Part shown: positions 29,001 through 46,860 of the stretch, piece after piece
How positions within the stretch are numbered: the first letter of the stretch is position 1
How the letters are laid out: every line of letters begins with the position of its first letter
Assembly: GCF_009914755.1 (NCBI RefSeq)
Contig: NC_060930.1
DNA: 64,000 nucleotides
Reading direction: 5' to 3' (one strand)
DNA from: the human T2T-CHM13v2.0 reference genome, Homo sapiens
Notes under the pieces: model-generated
Seen by the model: the letters and a program-made list of their open reading frames with translations, nothing else
Told to the model about the DNA's origin: nothing
Database searches by the model: none
Translations under genes and position numbers: made by a program

Positions 29001-30024
29001 ACAATACACATCTCTAAAAGAGCCACTATTGTCAAATTCCCTCAGATTCTTCTTGGAAATCAAGTCAAAGGAGATTAAATTAAAGACAAATTTCCAAAAA
29101 AGTATTCGAGTTAATTTTCAGCTTTTGAATTGATATTTATGAAGTGGCAAACATCTTTTGAAAAAATAAATTTGAATTTGAGCAATATAACTATTATGGT
29201 ATTTTAGTTCACCTTGAAAAAATCTTGCCCAGCAGTAATGTAACAGGAGAATGAGGGTATGATGATTTAAGAATACTCAGAACTGGTTTTTTAAAAAAGG
29301 AGAAATAAAAACATGATCATTTTATAATACATTTTTTATATAAGCCACTGGGCTTGAGTTTCTTGAATATGAAATGGAAATAGAGCAGAAAGGAATCAGC
29401 AGGCCAAACAGAAACCCACCAAATAGACATCTGTAATTGTCTTTTAAAATCTGTTAAAAGCAAGAAAAAAATATTTTTACTTCCTGGGCAATAAAACATA
29501 GAAAGTGCCATCTGAACTGAGTGAAAAAAAAAAAAGATTCTGAAAATAATTCCCATTCTGATTATCCTTAAGTATCCTCTGTTATTACAAGAAAAAAAGA
29601 GATCATTAGCATTTAGCCTACATATATAAACACCTAGTAACATCAAAAATTCTCTCACTAATTGACCTAATCTCCAGTCTAGGTATGACAATATTTAGTT
29701 TTTCACTTTACAAAAAGAAATTTAAGGATTAAGTTTGAAGCTCCAGTAATTTTGGCAAATTTTACAAAAATCTAAAACTTTTGTGCAATAAGAATCTAAT
29801 TGATTCTTAAAAGTAAGGATCTTAAGGATTTTAAAAACAATGAAGAATTTGCATCATTTCAGTTACTTATAGTATTAAAATATATTTTTGGCAATCTGTT
29901 TGTTCCTATTTTGTCTTAAAGTTTCTGAAGACAATTTTGAAACTATCCCATTCTCCTTAAAGCCAGAAGCTCACTTTTAATTTTAAATTGTTTTATTACG
30001 AAATGTTAGAAAGGACATAGTTTC

Positions 30025-30338
30025 TTTCTTTCTTTTTTCTTTTTTCTTTTTTTTTTTTTTGACAGAGTCTTGCTCTGTCACCCAGGCTAGAGTGTAGTGG
30101 CATGATCTCGGCTCACTGCAATCTCAGCCTCCCAGGTTGAAATGATTCTTCTGCCTCAGCTTCCCAAGTAGCTGGGACTACAGGTGTGTGCCACCACGCC
30201 CAGCTAATTTTTGTATTTTTAGTAGAGACGGGGTTACACCATATTGGTCAGGCTGGTCTCAAACTCCTGACCTCGTGATCCACCCCCCTCGGCCTCCCAA
30301 AGTGCTGGGATTAGAGGTGTGAGTCACAGAGCCTGGCC
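30025..30338 (-). mobile_element. AluS (Sg-like)
   Basis: Full dimer; TSD AAAGGACATAGTTTC at 30010-30024 and 30340-30354. Confidence 0.95.
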
Positions 30339-30599
30339 AAAAGGACATAGTTTCAATAGTTTAAAATATAAGACTAGAAAAATTTACCAGGAATCTTTAT
30401 AACTAGGATTTTATGTTTTATTAAACAAGGGTAATATTGTGAATACTTTAAAGAAAATGTTCATATGGTGTCTAAATAAGTGTGGGAAAGCATTATCTCT
30501 TAACTTTCAAACCTGAGCGTCCTAGCAAGCAAGACAGAATTGTATGTAAGGAATAAACCAACAGCCTTCACTGGGCCTTGCCTGCCAAGGTGTTTCTCT

Positions 30600-31265
30600 A
30601 GTCAATCATTTCTAATTTTCCTTACTGTATTCAAATCTCCAACTTCCCCCATAATTCATCCTAGATCTCCCATTTTATTATCAGCACATGATCATAGCTC
30701 CTACCTAGCAAGAAAAGTTCAAGCCATGAGACAGGTACTCCAACTCCCCATACGGAATCTAGAAACCTGCTTTTATCTGTGCCCATTCTTTCCTCTTCAT
30801 CACCTATAAAATAAGAAAGATGCCTCTCCTTTTACATAAGGCCAGTATCTAAACCATGCACTGGAGCCCATCCTCTGCTGTCTTACCAGAAATCGTCCCT
30901 TAGTTACTTATTTTATTCTCCCCTTGCTCCATTTTTCCATCAGTATCATACATAAACAGTCTCAATTCACTTTCATCTTTAAAACCTGCCTTCAATCCCC
31001 CTCTGGCTACTGACCTTCTCTTCACAGCAAAATTTCTCAAGAGCGTGGTTTACATTTCCTCCTTCGCTTTCATAATCACTTTCATCCCTTTCAGAAATCT
31101 GAGTTCTATTTCCAGCCACTCCTTCATATCAAACGTTCAGTAATCAGTGCACTCCACATTGCTAAACCCAGTAGACACTTTTCAGTTTCATCATGCTTGA
31201 GTTTTCAACAGTAATCAACAGTGAGCTGTTTTGCTCACCATTCCTTCTTGAAATATTTTCCTCCA
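30600..31265 (+). mobile_element. L2 internal fragment
   Basis: TCTCTTCACAGCAAAATTTCTC, CTCCACATTGCTAAACCCAGTAGACACTTTTCAG, TTCCTTCTTGAAA. Confidence 0.7.
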
Positions 31266-32540
31266 TATCTATATCTAGATATAACTTTTCCTCTATATCT
31301 AGATATAAGCTAGCTGAATGTGAGTCCAGGACTGAGATACACTCAGCCAGTGCTATTCTCCAAAGACAACTCCTCCACCAAGCTGGTATTCGAAGGCAAA
31401 AAAAAAAAAAAAAGCATTTATTTGGAGTTTTGAGTGTTTTATTTTAACCACCAGGCTCCTCTCATTAATCAGAAATATTTAAGTTCAGTCTAAGTTTAAT
31501 GAAATCTAACTGAGTAAACAGAAAAAAAGGAAAGATTACTCAGTTCCTCACTGTCACTCTATTCTGGCACATAGAACATGATCATGTATGACAGGTGTTT
31601 GTATAAGAACCATCCCCCCTTTCACCAACCAGGATAAAGTGATAACATTGTACCAAACATCTTTGCTCCCAAATTAACTCTTGCTTCAACCTAAAGCTTC
31701 CATATATTCCCTTACACAAATTCCATTTGGCATTTTCTATCATATATGTAAGCATGAAACATATAGCATCTTCACCAATTCCATAATTAATAATTAAAAA
31801 CTAAAAATTATTTGATCACATGCAGATTGAGTTAGGGTGAGGCCTGATACACCTAAAGCAGTAGCATGCTGTTTTCTTTTCATGCCCTTAAATTTCATAT
31901 CTCCTAATGTTCTTTTTCCTGCAATATAAACAAACTTGTGGCCAAAGAGTATGATTTCACAGGTAATTTTTTGAGGCTTTTCAGTGTTCAAAAAAAGTGG
32001 CAAGATATAAATAGGAAGTTAAACTTATTATCATGAAGTCAAATCAAACAAGTAGAACAAAGGTGAGAAAAATTATTGGAAGCTTTATCGGAAGCAAAGA
32101 AAGGCATTGCGTGGGTGAAAGCCAATGAGAAAAAGGAAAGAAAAGCTCAAGTAGTCATGAGCTTATATTTTAACATAATCTTTGACTTACCAGGCATACT
32201 ACTGAGTCTTTTTCTAACTAAATATCTTCAGTACACAATTTGAAAGAAGAGCTTTATCCTTTGAATAGTGGAATATGTTTCCTAACGTGTTCTGGTCTGT
32301 TGGAAGAAGGAAGATAATATGCTTATAGTTAACTACAAAAGGCAATGGAATTTTTTGGTATTAATAGATTCTGAAAGGTGATTCAAATATGGTATCAGTT
32401 ATTAACATCTTTAGGCTATTATTTCGTTTTCCTCTTTTTTCGGTTTTTCTTTGAGGGACAGACTTTTAAAGTCTTTCAAGAAGGTATTCATTTTAATGCA
32501 TCCTGCATAAAATTTAAGATAGCTATCCAATGCAAATTCA

Positions 32541-32915
32541 TATTCTCAGTCTGCTCAGGCTACCATAACAAAGTACCATAGACTTAATGGCTTAAACAAG
32601 AGAAATTTATTTTTTCACAGTTCTGGGGGCTGGAGAGTCCAAGATTGTGGTCCAACAGGGCTCTGTTTTGGTGAGAGCTTTCTTCCTAATTTTTAGAGTT
32701 ACCTTCTCACTGTGTTCTCAGATGGTGGAGAGAGAGAAAGAGTGACCTTTCTTTCTCTTCTTTTAAAGCCACAGTCCTGTGAGATTAGGGTTCTACTCTT
32801 ATGACCTACTTTCACCTTAATTACCTCCTAAAGACTCTCTCTCCAAATACAGTTACAATCAGGGGGATAGACTTCAACATGTGAATTTTGGGGAAACACG
32901 ATTTGGACCATAGCA
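32541..32915 (-). mobile_element. MLT1A0-like LTR
   Basis: CATAACAAAGTACCATAGACT...GGCTTAAACAA...CACAGTTCTGGGGGCTGG...CTCCAAATACAGT...CCATAGCA. Confidence 0.85.
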
Positions 32916-33780
32916 TTAATTAATCAATTAAGTATGCTTAAATTATCTTTACTATTATACAATATTATTTTCTACGGATATTTCTTGATCCAAGTAAAAA
33001 TTTGGTAAGTAAATTAGTATCTTAATTGAAAAATGATAAAGACTGGAATTGCGCAGTCTTGCTGTTGATCACCAAGATTGAGAATCAGGTGTTAGTAATT
33101 TTTTTAAGTCTGAAAGATTTGTTCCTGAATGTTTGAGGCCATGATCATTAGTTAACAGGTCATTGATAATATACTTATAAGGTGTTCACACAAAAAAAGT
33201 GAATGTCAAAATATACTTTCCTCTACTGTGTTTTTAATTCAAGGTGTAAATCTCTATGTCATAACAAAAACCCTATTGAGTTTATCAGGATTTTACCATA
33301 ACAACTTGAGTTAGTACTCTCCACCGTGAAGTCCATTGGGATTATGGAAGTTCCAGCCATCATTAAAGCCCCAGAGTCAAGTAATGAACTAGCAGAAAGC
33401 ATATTATGAAATTATTTTGTCAAATTCACTATAAAACAAGACCAATAAAAAAAGAATTTATGCTCCTTTTCTGACTGCTTACTTTGAGTTTTACTCATTC
33501 TCCTTTTGAGTCTTGCAACTAGGACTGATCAATCGTTAATAATCTTTGATAATCTTTAAATATTTTTGAAAATATTTAAAACTAAGAGCAACTATTTTTC
33601 CGGCTTTGGTATCTATTTTCTGGAATTATCAGACACCAGTAAGTAATAAACCTGGCCTTTTTGTCTTCTATGTTCCAATCCCTGAACAAATTCATAAACC
33701 AAACTGGAGTTCCCTATGAGAAAATAATTTCTGTGGCATATTTGAAAATGCAGGTGAAAAAGCTAAAAACCCATTGTAAG

Positions 33781-34177
33781 TGTCTCATTCCATTTGTGCT
33801 GCTGTAACAACATACCTGAAACTGGGTAATTTATTTTTTTAAAAAACCTGAAATATATTTTTTACAGTTCTAGAGGCTGGAAAATCAAAGATCGCAGCAC
33901 AATATCTGATGTTTGGTTGTAGGTCTTTCTGCATCCTCACATGGTGGAAGGCAGAAGGGCAAAAAAGGGAATGGATGCTATAAACTCATTTGGTAGAAGA
34001 GCAGAAGAGAAGAAACCCACATCACAGTCTTTTTTATAATGTCATTAATCAAGTTATGAGGACAAAGTCCCTCATGGCTCAAATATCTCCCAAAAGACCC
34101 CACCTCCTAACACTGTTGCATTAGTGGTTAGGTTTTCAACACATAAGTTTGGGAGGCAACATATTCAGATTACAGCA
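33781..34177 (-). mobile_element. MST-family LTR (MSTC/D-like)
   Basis: TGCTGCTGTAACAACATACCTGAAACTGGGTAATTTAT...CCCCACCTCCTAACACTGTTGCATT...TACAGCA. Confidence 0.85.
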
Positions 34178-35450
34178 CTGGGACATCCAATATGAAAGTA
34201 CAAATATTTTACCAGTTAAGAATACAGTCTTCACTGAGGACCTAACCAAGTAAAAGTTAAATTTTAAGCATTATTTATAAAAACATTATTTGTTATTTTA
34301 AAAATCTGCTGTTGATTGTCTACAAAAATGAAGAGCAAGTATGAAATGTTTAATCAAATCCCACAGTTGACAAGCCAAATAGAATTCTTTCTGGTGTTCT
34401 AACATATTTTTTGAAAATAATAGCAGAAAAATTTACCATATTTGATTTAATTTTTAATTTTCCTGCAACCACACTTCTTCTGAGGGTACATTAAGAAGTA
34501 CTGTCACTTTCAAATAGAGGGGGAAGTAAAACAGCTTGGAAGATCAGTCCTGTCTAATTAGTATAGCTGTCTCAACCATCTGACAGAGAATGGCCAATAG
34601 GAATAGTAAAAAAAGGAAAGACATGGAAAAAGTCAGAAAGTCAAAACTATCTTCTTAGAAAGAAATCCAGTGTCAATCTGTTATTTTACCATAGATGGGT
34701 TGAGTATATCTTCCATGAAATCGCTTCAGTTGGTTTTGTTTGCCCACATGTGTATAGTCCACACTGTGCTACTGGGCACCTTCTCCTAAACCCATAGCCT
34801 CCTCCTGACATTCCTCTATCCCAGGAATTCCCTTTTCCTCCTCCCTTTCTGGATAGTGACCCTGTGCTGCTGTCTCTGGAAGTCTACTGCTCTGAGGGAC
34901 ATCCTCCCAGGCAATCCTGTCCAACTGCCACCCAATAAAGCTTGTAGTTACATAACTTCCATCTCATGGTCCTGTCTTTTCCTTGACTTGCAGCCAGAAT
35001 GCTCAAATTCATCAGTCTCCTTAAGTACATCATGGATTAACGACAATTTGAGAAATGAAATTATGGTTATATCTGGCTCACCAATAAAAGAAAAAGGCAA
35101 TGTAAAAACCAGTTGGTAATATATGTGATCTATTAAATTATAAATCCACATTTAATAGATCAGAAATGAAAAAATAAAAGCATTAATATAGCTGGTTAAT
35201 TTGATCTTAATCAATTAAGAAACAAATGCAGGAGAATAGACAATATGATGACTATATTTATTTTAGTACAAATTTTTTAAAATCTGAGGAGATTTCTATT
35301 TCCTTGTGATAAAATAGCAAACAATAAGAAAATTATGCAGATGGCAAACCTGTCCTGTGAAGGTTCATGTTGTAAATATCTTAGGCTTTTCAAGCTGCAT
35401 AGTCACCTCCTTGGCTTCTTTCTCCTCCTCCCCTTCTTCTTTCATCTTGT

Positions 35451-39361
<3,911 letters not shown>

Positions 39362-39944
39362 TTCATCTTTTCTTTCTTAGCAAACCTCTAAAAATGTAAA
39401 AGGCATTCTTAGCTCACTGGTCACACAAAAACAGGCCATAGACTAAATGCAGCTATTACTGTAGTTTGACAACCTCTGAAACAGATAAACAAAATAAGGA
39501 TAGTGTCTTTATGATTTTTCAATATATTACAAGCTCACTACTCATTTTCTATTTTCATGCCTTTGAATTTGCTGTTTTCTTCACCTGAATTGCCTTATCC
39601 CTCTTCCGTGGCTAGTTCAAGTCACAATTGCTTTAAGACAAAATTTACATTTTACTTCCTCCAAGACACTTATCTAACAAAAAGTGAAACTAATATTTCT
39701 GTTATGAATATAAGTATAGAAGTCTATGAATACCACCTAATTTACTATCTGCAAACAGAACTCCAGGAACCAATATTCACTTGCCTCTTGTACAACTTCA
39801 CTATGGGTTTTTATTGATAATGTTTCAGCATTATTCTTTTAAGGACATGCTTACTACTTTTTAAGTCTTAACTTATGTGAACAATATAAACCATATTGCA
39901 TTGTTTTCCTGTTAATATAAATTCTACTAAGTTAATACATTTGT

Positions 39945-42900
39945 TCTGTTATCTGGCTGCCTTGAAACAACTATACACTCAGGGTGATTCTGCATCAGCT
40001 TAATATACAAAAAGAAAAAAAAAACAAGAGAATGTTGCTCCTATCCTAAAAACAAGAAAAAGTCAAATAATCTATAAAATTATACCTATTCTTTAGCCCA
40101 TAGGAAAGCTGAGTTTGTAAGGCAAACAAATGAACTGAATTCCAAAAAATGACAAGCCCTCTGAGGAGAAACAGAACACATACCTTTGCCAAGGCATGGG
40201 AGGAAGAGGTGATCAACACAGAAGTAGGTAAAAGTAAATCACATTAAATTTTGACAAAATTTTAAAGGCTGATATTGACTAGCATATCAGTTCAGAAAAG
40301 CTGAAAGTCCTAGAAATAAGAGAAGTTTGCACTCACTCACAAGCTTTTTTCCATGAGCCAATTTCATAAAAATTTAAGGTCTACACAGGAGACTGGGGAG
40401 AGCTCCCTTAGTTACACAGGTATGCAAGCGGTGATCAACTACCCCTGAGGAACAGGTACAAAACTTCCATGTACTTTCTCAGACCCTTCAATTATAAAAA
40501 GAAAAGGCATTAAGTTGCTGGAGTAGAGGCAGGAAGTGATACTGCCCCTAGAGTCCAGGCAAAACTCCTATGATTCTGGCAGAGGAGTAGAAGCATAACC
40601 CAGCTGCCTCTGGAGAATAAATAAGAATCCCTCCTGTTTTCAGAACATAAGCATATAGTCACTGTTTCTGGTGGATGAGTATAAAGGGAAGAAACAAAAT
40701 CTTCCTGCTCCTGAAAGAGGGGCAGGTAACCTCTTGGATTCAAGATCTTACACAGATAGAAAGCAGAGGTCTATTACCAGTAGGGTAAATGCAGAAAGCA
40801 CTCTCCTATCCAGTATCCTCCAAAGATACAAGGTAGGGTTTAGCTGACATGAGAAAAAAGGCCAGGTCTATGAAAACTCCACAACCATGTCCCAGGAGCA
40901 GAGAACACACTTGAAAATGAAACTACACCAAGATAATAAAGGATCCTCTTTCTCTAACATGAGTGACACAGAGGAGAGGACTATGTGTGGGGAGGGGTAA
41001 GAACATGAAGAGAGATCCGCTCCATGGTGCAGGTGTAGAGGAACTGCTGAAAGCTGGAGGTGGAGCAGAAGCAATGAGAAAACCCTCCAACACTCCAGGC
41101 CTCACCCCCAGCGCAGGATAACATCCCACCACTATAGGAATTTAAAGGGAGTGATGTAATACAGGTTAAAATAGCAACAACCAAACCCATCTCAAATACT
41201 GACAAGATTGACACAATTGTCCATACTAATAAACTGACAAACGAGATGTGCTGATTTCTGAAAGTAAATAGATTTTCCCTCAGACTCTAGTGTTGTTCTA
41301 TACACAATATCTGGCATTCAGTCAAAAATTACGAGACACACAAAAAAGCAAAGAAAAACCTCATTGTCAAAAGATAAACCAATCAATATCAGACTCAGAG
41401 GTGATCCATATGTTAGCTCAATCACACAACAACTTTACAATAACTCTAACTAGCATGTTACCAGGTCTTGTAGAAAAAGTGGGCAAGAACAGGCAGAAAA
41501 TTTCAGTAGGCATGTCAAATCTATAAAACAAGTGTCAAATAAAAATGCTAGAAATAAAAACAGCACTACGTCAGAGGTGAAGATTTCCTTTGGTATTCTT
41601 ATCAACACACCTAACCAAACTGAGGGAAAAAATCAGTAAACTTGAAGATAGATTAGTATAAATTATCCAACCCAATACAGAAAGAGCAAAAGAAAGCAGA
41701 TAGAACAACCAAGAGGTGAAAGACAGTATCAAATGCACTAATATACATGGAATTTGAGTCCCAGAAGAAGAATAAAGAGAAAACCGTATATAAGAAATAT
41801 TTGAAGACAACCAGTATTACATAGAGAAACAATTATAGCCCACTTCTCATCAATATCTATACACATCAAAAGATGTCAATTTCAAAGTACTAATAGGGTA
41901 AAAAAGTCTCTTCAGAAGTCTATGCCCAGTTTAAAAAAAAAAAACTTTTAAAAGTTAAAGTAAAATACATATTTTTTTTGCAAACAAAAACAGAGAATTT
42001 ATTGCCAGCAGATCTGCACTATAAGAAATGTTAAAGGAATGTGTTCAGTCGGTAGGAGCATAGTACAAGATAGAAATTTAAATTTACATAGGAAAATGAA
42101 GAGTGCCAGAAATGGTTAAAAAAGGGGGTAAGTACAAAAGATTTTTCTTGTTATTATTAATTACTTTAAAAAGATAAACTGCTGTGAAAATCAAAAATAG
42201 TGAAAATGTATTGTAAGGCTCATATATATGTACGAGTAAAATGCATGACAACGATAGCATAAATAATGAAATGGAGGAAGTGGAATAAATATATTTGAAG
42301 TTTATGATCAATTAAGATGTACATGGCAAATTCTAGACCAACCATTAAAAAAAGATGTAGAACGAATAAGGTAATGGAGGAAGTAAAATGAAATACACAT
42401 AATTGAGTAGTCAAAAAATGAGCAGTTAAAGAAGGACAAGAGAAACAAACTGATGGGACAACAGAGAACAAATAGCAAAATTGTAGATATATAACAATTA
42501 TATTATTAAACTAATAATTACATTAAATGCAAATGGTCTAAATCTTTCGATTAAAAGGCAAGATTGTCAGGTTAGAAGAAAAATAGCCAACTATATATTA
42601 TCTACAATAAATCTCTTTGAATATAGAGATAAATAAGTGAGAAGTAAAAAGAAGGTAAAGATATATCATGTAGCACTAATCAAAAAAATGTTGGAATGAT
42701 TATACTCTAAAAGTAAACCAGAATGAAAAATATTGTCGGAGAAAAGAAAGAGAATACATAGTAATATAGAGCTCAGTTCATCAAGAATACATATTAATTT
42801 TAATATACATCCAACAACTGAACTCTAAAATATAAAATTAAAAATTGGTAAAATTTTTAAAAGAAAAAGACAAATTTATAGTTGAACATCAACACTTGTC

Positions 42901-43435
42901 TTTGAATCATTGTTAAAGAGAGATATCAATAAGATATAAAAAACTGAAACAACATAATCAATCAACTCGACCTACTTGACATTTATACAACACTCCATCT
43001 AAAAACAGAACATACAATATTTTCAAATGGGCATGAAACATCCACAAATGGACATAAAGCAAAACAAACTTCAACAATTTGAAGTCATTTAGGTCATGCA
43101 AATGATGTTTTATTATCACAGTGGAATTAAACTAGAATCAATAGCAAAAAGATATTATAAATTACACAAGTGTTTCTAATTTAAATCATGTTTCTAGTAA
43201 CCATGGATCAATAAAAAAATCATAAAAAGAATTATATTTTTCCTTGAGTAAAAAAGAAAACAGTATATCAAAATTGGTGAAATGTAGCTAAATCAAGGCT
43301 TAGAGGAAATTGTCTAGCATTAAATACTTAATTAGAAAAGAATAAAGGTCTCAAATCAGTGTTCTAACCTTCCACCTGAAGAAGCTAAAATAGAAGACCA
43401 AATTAAACCCAAATTAGACAGAAGAAATAATGAAA
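39945..43435 (+). mobile_element. Old L1M element: 5' UTR, ORF1 and start of ORF2, 3'-truncated
   Basis: AAAAATCAGTAAACTTGAAGATAG, GAATTTATTGCCAGCAGATCTGCACTATAAGAAATGTTAAAGGAA, CAGTGGAATTAAACTAGAA, GCTTAGAGGAAATT. Confidence 0.85.
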
Positions 43436-43909
43436 CAACACAAGATATTTATAGGTTAACTATAGCAATGTACAGTGGAATTTGGTGCAAATTATTTATT
43501 TTATTCTCAAATATAAATTTTCCTTAAAACAGTCACCAAATTTTTGAGAAGCAAAGTAATATTGATGGGGATTTTTATAATGAAACCCAATTCATAAAAT
43601 GGTAAACTTTCTAATATGATTCATCTTTATGGAGATGAAAGTTTGTCTTAAAGATTGCCTAGTCAACTTAGCATACAAGGTTAAAAATTGCTCATTTCCT
43701 CTTGGAAAATAAACCTTTGTAACACTTTCATAATATTTCAAATAATCCATGATTTTTTACACATAGATTGCTTTTAGAATCTGACTTCTTCCAAAGAAAA
43801 ACGAAAGCTGCCCAATATTAAACCACTCATGTACTAGATTCTAAAATCTATGAAGCATGGGGCCATTTGGCAACTAGGAAGTAAATTATAATGAAAATCT
43901 TCAAACACT

Positions 43910-44082
43910 GCCAGGTGCAGTGGCTCACTCCTGAAATCTCAGCACTTTGGGAGGCTGAGGAGGGCAGATCACTTGAGGCCAGGAATTTGAGACCAACCTG
44001 GCCAAAATGGCGAAACTTCATCTCTACTAAAAATACAAAAATTAGCCAGGCATAGTTTCTCATGGCTGTAGTCCCAGCTACT
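43910..44082 (+). mobile_element. Alu (Sz/Jb-like), left arm plus start of right arm
   Basis: Ends abruptly at CCCAGCTACT, no tail. Confidence 0.9.
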
Positions 44083-45580
44083 AATATTTTTATTCTGGGA
44101 TTTTTATTACTTGACACATTAATAAACATAGTTGTAAGAATCTCATTCTCAATTCAGTGTGCATCCATGATGCAGGTATACACACTCTACTTTTTATTAT
44201 TAATACAAATAATGGGCTTTATTACAAGTCAACATTTGTTAAACTTTGCTTATAAACAAGATGATTCATCGTTAAGAGTCTCTACCTGCGAAAGCTTCTA
44301 AAAATAGTAAACTTCAGGAGGTGGAAAAGGGAAAACAGAAGACACATTAATCCAACCTTTCCGTTGAGTGCTGTGTTCACTGAAAATTAAAACTAGATAC
44401 TTAATAAAAGTCTCCTCCTGAAAAAAGCAACAAAAAGAGATGCATAATGATTAAATTAACTAAGGAATGACCAAAACAAAGTGCAGAAATCAAAGAATTT
44501 GAATTAAAAAGTATATTTGTGAGGAATACTAAATTAGAAATGATTATAATTTTACTGTTGTTGCTGATTCAATCCAAATCCAACTCTTAAAATGCCACAG
44601 TTACTTCTGTTTCCAAGAAAGACAGTGTAGATGGTTTTCATACTGACAAGCTTGAGTCTAGTATTATAATAGCCAAATCTAATATTATCATAGGTAAAGC
44701 CACAAAAACACTAATGTCAGGTAAACCAGATAAACATTCTGCATTATCTCTTATTTTTTCCTGTGTATGGGGCACCAAACTAAGGTCCTCTTGATGGAAA
44801 TATTATGTTGTACTTACTCAAAAGCAATACATGAAAAGGTAATATATTTCTCTTTTATGGCATGGTTTTCACATAACTTTACATGTATTTAACAAATATT
44901 AAATGTCTATAAATAACTTGCTAAGTACCAACCCAGTCAAACATTTATAAATGTTGACTCATCTTCTGGCCTAAAATATTTTTGTTCACTTATTATAATT
45001 AATTTAAAAGTTGACACTCTTGGTTTTTAGTTCTGTTCCTGTTTTGTAAATCTTAGGACAGCCCATTGTCGAAAACAATAAAACTCTGACCTGACAGGAA
45101 AATGAACTTGAGTGCATTTGCAGGACATTCAAGAAGTCAGCTTGACTAAAACAGATTAAATTAAAAAGAATTTATTATGTGATGGAAGTTCAGAGACAGG
45201 AGTGCTAAGAAGTGAATGATTAATAAAGTTAAATGCAGGAAAGAAACCAAAGAGAATAAAGTAACAAAGGATGTTACTGGATCTAAAATTTTCTTATGAA
45301 GAATATGCATGAGAAAATTTCCTAAGACAGAAAACCACTTGAAAAGATGGTCATTTATTTGATCTGTGAAGGTAAGTCATAGTTAATACTTATCAAATTG
45401 AGTGATTTACTATGACAGCCTCATCCCATTGTCGAGTTGTTCCTCTGAATCAAGCGTGTCCTTTTTTTAAAAAAAAAAAAAAAAGCAGTTTAATAATTTT
45501 TTAAATTTTACTTTCAGATGCATCTTTTTGGAATTAAGATCAGTTGAATACAGATATAAATATCCTATTATATTCACTGT

Positions 45581-45652
45581 GGTTGGTGCAAAAGTAGTTG
45601 CGATTTTGAAAGCAATGGCAAAAACTGCAACTACTTTTGCACCAACCCAATA
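45581..45652. mobile_element. MADE1 MITE, centrally deleted
   Basis: GGTTGGTGCAAAAGTAGTTGC...GCAACTACTTTTGCACCAACC inverted arms. Confidence 0.92.
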
Positions 45653-46639
45653 GTATGGCAATTTCCTAATTTCTAATTCAATTTTTCTTGCTATAGCTTA
45701 AGCAATTTTTTATTATGATCCATTTTTCTGAAATTATTCTGACTGATATTTATATTTTTAATAAAAGTAGCTGATTTTATCTAATTATATAAAGAATATT
45801 TTCCCGAGAAAAATCTCAAAAAAAATAAAATTATTTAAAAAGTAAAAGTCACCTGAATTTCACACCCTGTTATTAATGTTTTAGTGTCTCTCTCTCTCTC
45901 TCTCTCATGCATTTCTTTAACATTTTTCAATTTTGTTTAATAATTGCTTGGTGTTGTCATTTATATGGATCTGGATATTAAATATTGTGTCTGTAGTAGA
46001 ATTCACTACATGGTTAACACAATATGATGTTCATGTCAATCTTCTACGTTTAAAAAAGGCAGCTGGTCATCTAGTTGTGACTCCTTCCATATCTATTCAT
46101 GTGACTAGAACTGCAGTAGCATCCAAGAGTCATTTCCTGCTGTATATGTAATATCTGTAATCATTTAGGGGTTCTAGGTAACAGTTTTCTGTTTCATATC
46201 AGGTGATGGTTACTCATAGGAGAGTGAAAAAAGTGAAGGAGTCTTCTGGTGGTAGAGTAAGACAATAATATATTTTGTAGAACTAAACTTACTGAGTCAT
46301 ATGATCATGTGATCATGTTCGAGATTTTTTGTGGGTTATACCTAACAATATATTTTGTTCATTTATCCAACACATATTTAATGTCTACTTTAAAAACAAA
46401 ACAAAATTTTGCTGCTCAATGGGTAAGATAATCTCAAAATATTATAGGTAACTCAAAAATCTATATGCATTGAGGAATTGTCCAGAATAAAGATTCATCT
46501 CCCTTCAAACTGTTGCCCAAATAATAAGCCATGACCTAGTATGATGTCATATTTACATATACATGATTAGATTACCTAAGAAACTAATCAATTATTGCTT
46601 AATAAATGAAGGTTTTTATTCTATTAAAGGTAAAAATGA

Positions 46640-46860
46640 TAGAGAAAAAGAAAAATTGACATCTATTGGGCACTTCTACATAGTTTATCTCACTTAACCC
46701 TCAGTACTACCTTCCCAGAGAAGTAGTAGAGCTCTCATTTTTATAAATAAGAAAACAAAGAAAATAAGTATTTGACCAAAGGCACACAACTAAGTCTATG
46801 ACAAAAGAAAGATTTAAACCCACATCCATATGACACAAAGCCGCATATTTCTATTATTCC
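46640..46860 (-). mobile_element. MIR
   Basis: TTATCTCACTTAACCCTCA...CTCATTTTTATAAATAAGAAAAC...TTGACCAAAGGCACACAACTA...GATTTAAACCCA. Confidence 0.7.

Noticed and set aside
29317-29691. 124-aa hydrophobic minus-strand ORF with several acceptor-like tracts
   Set aside because: T-rich strand explains both the openness and hydrophobicity; only a weak donor (AAT|GTATTA)
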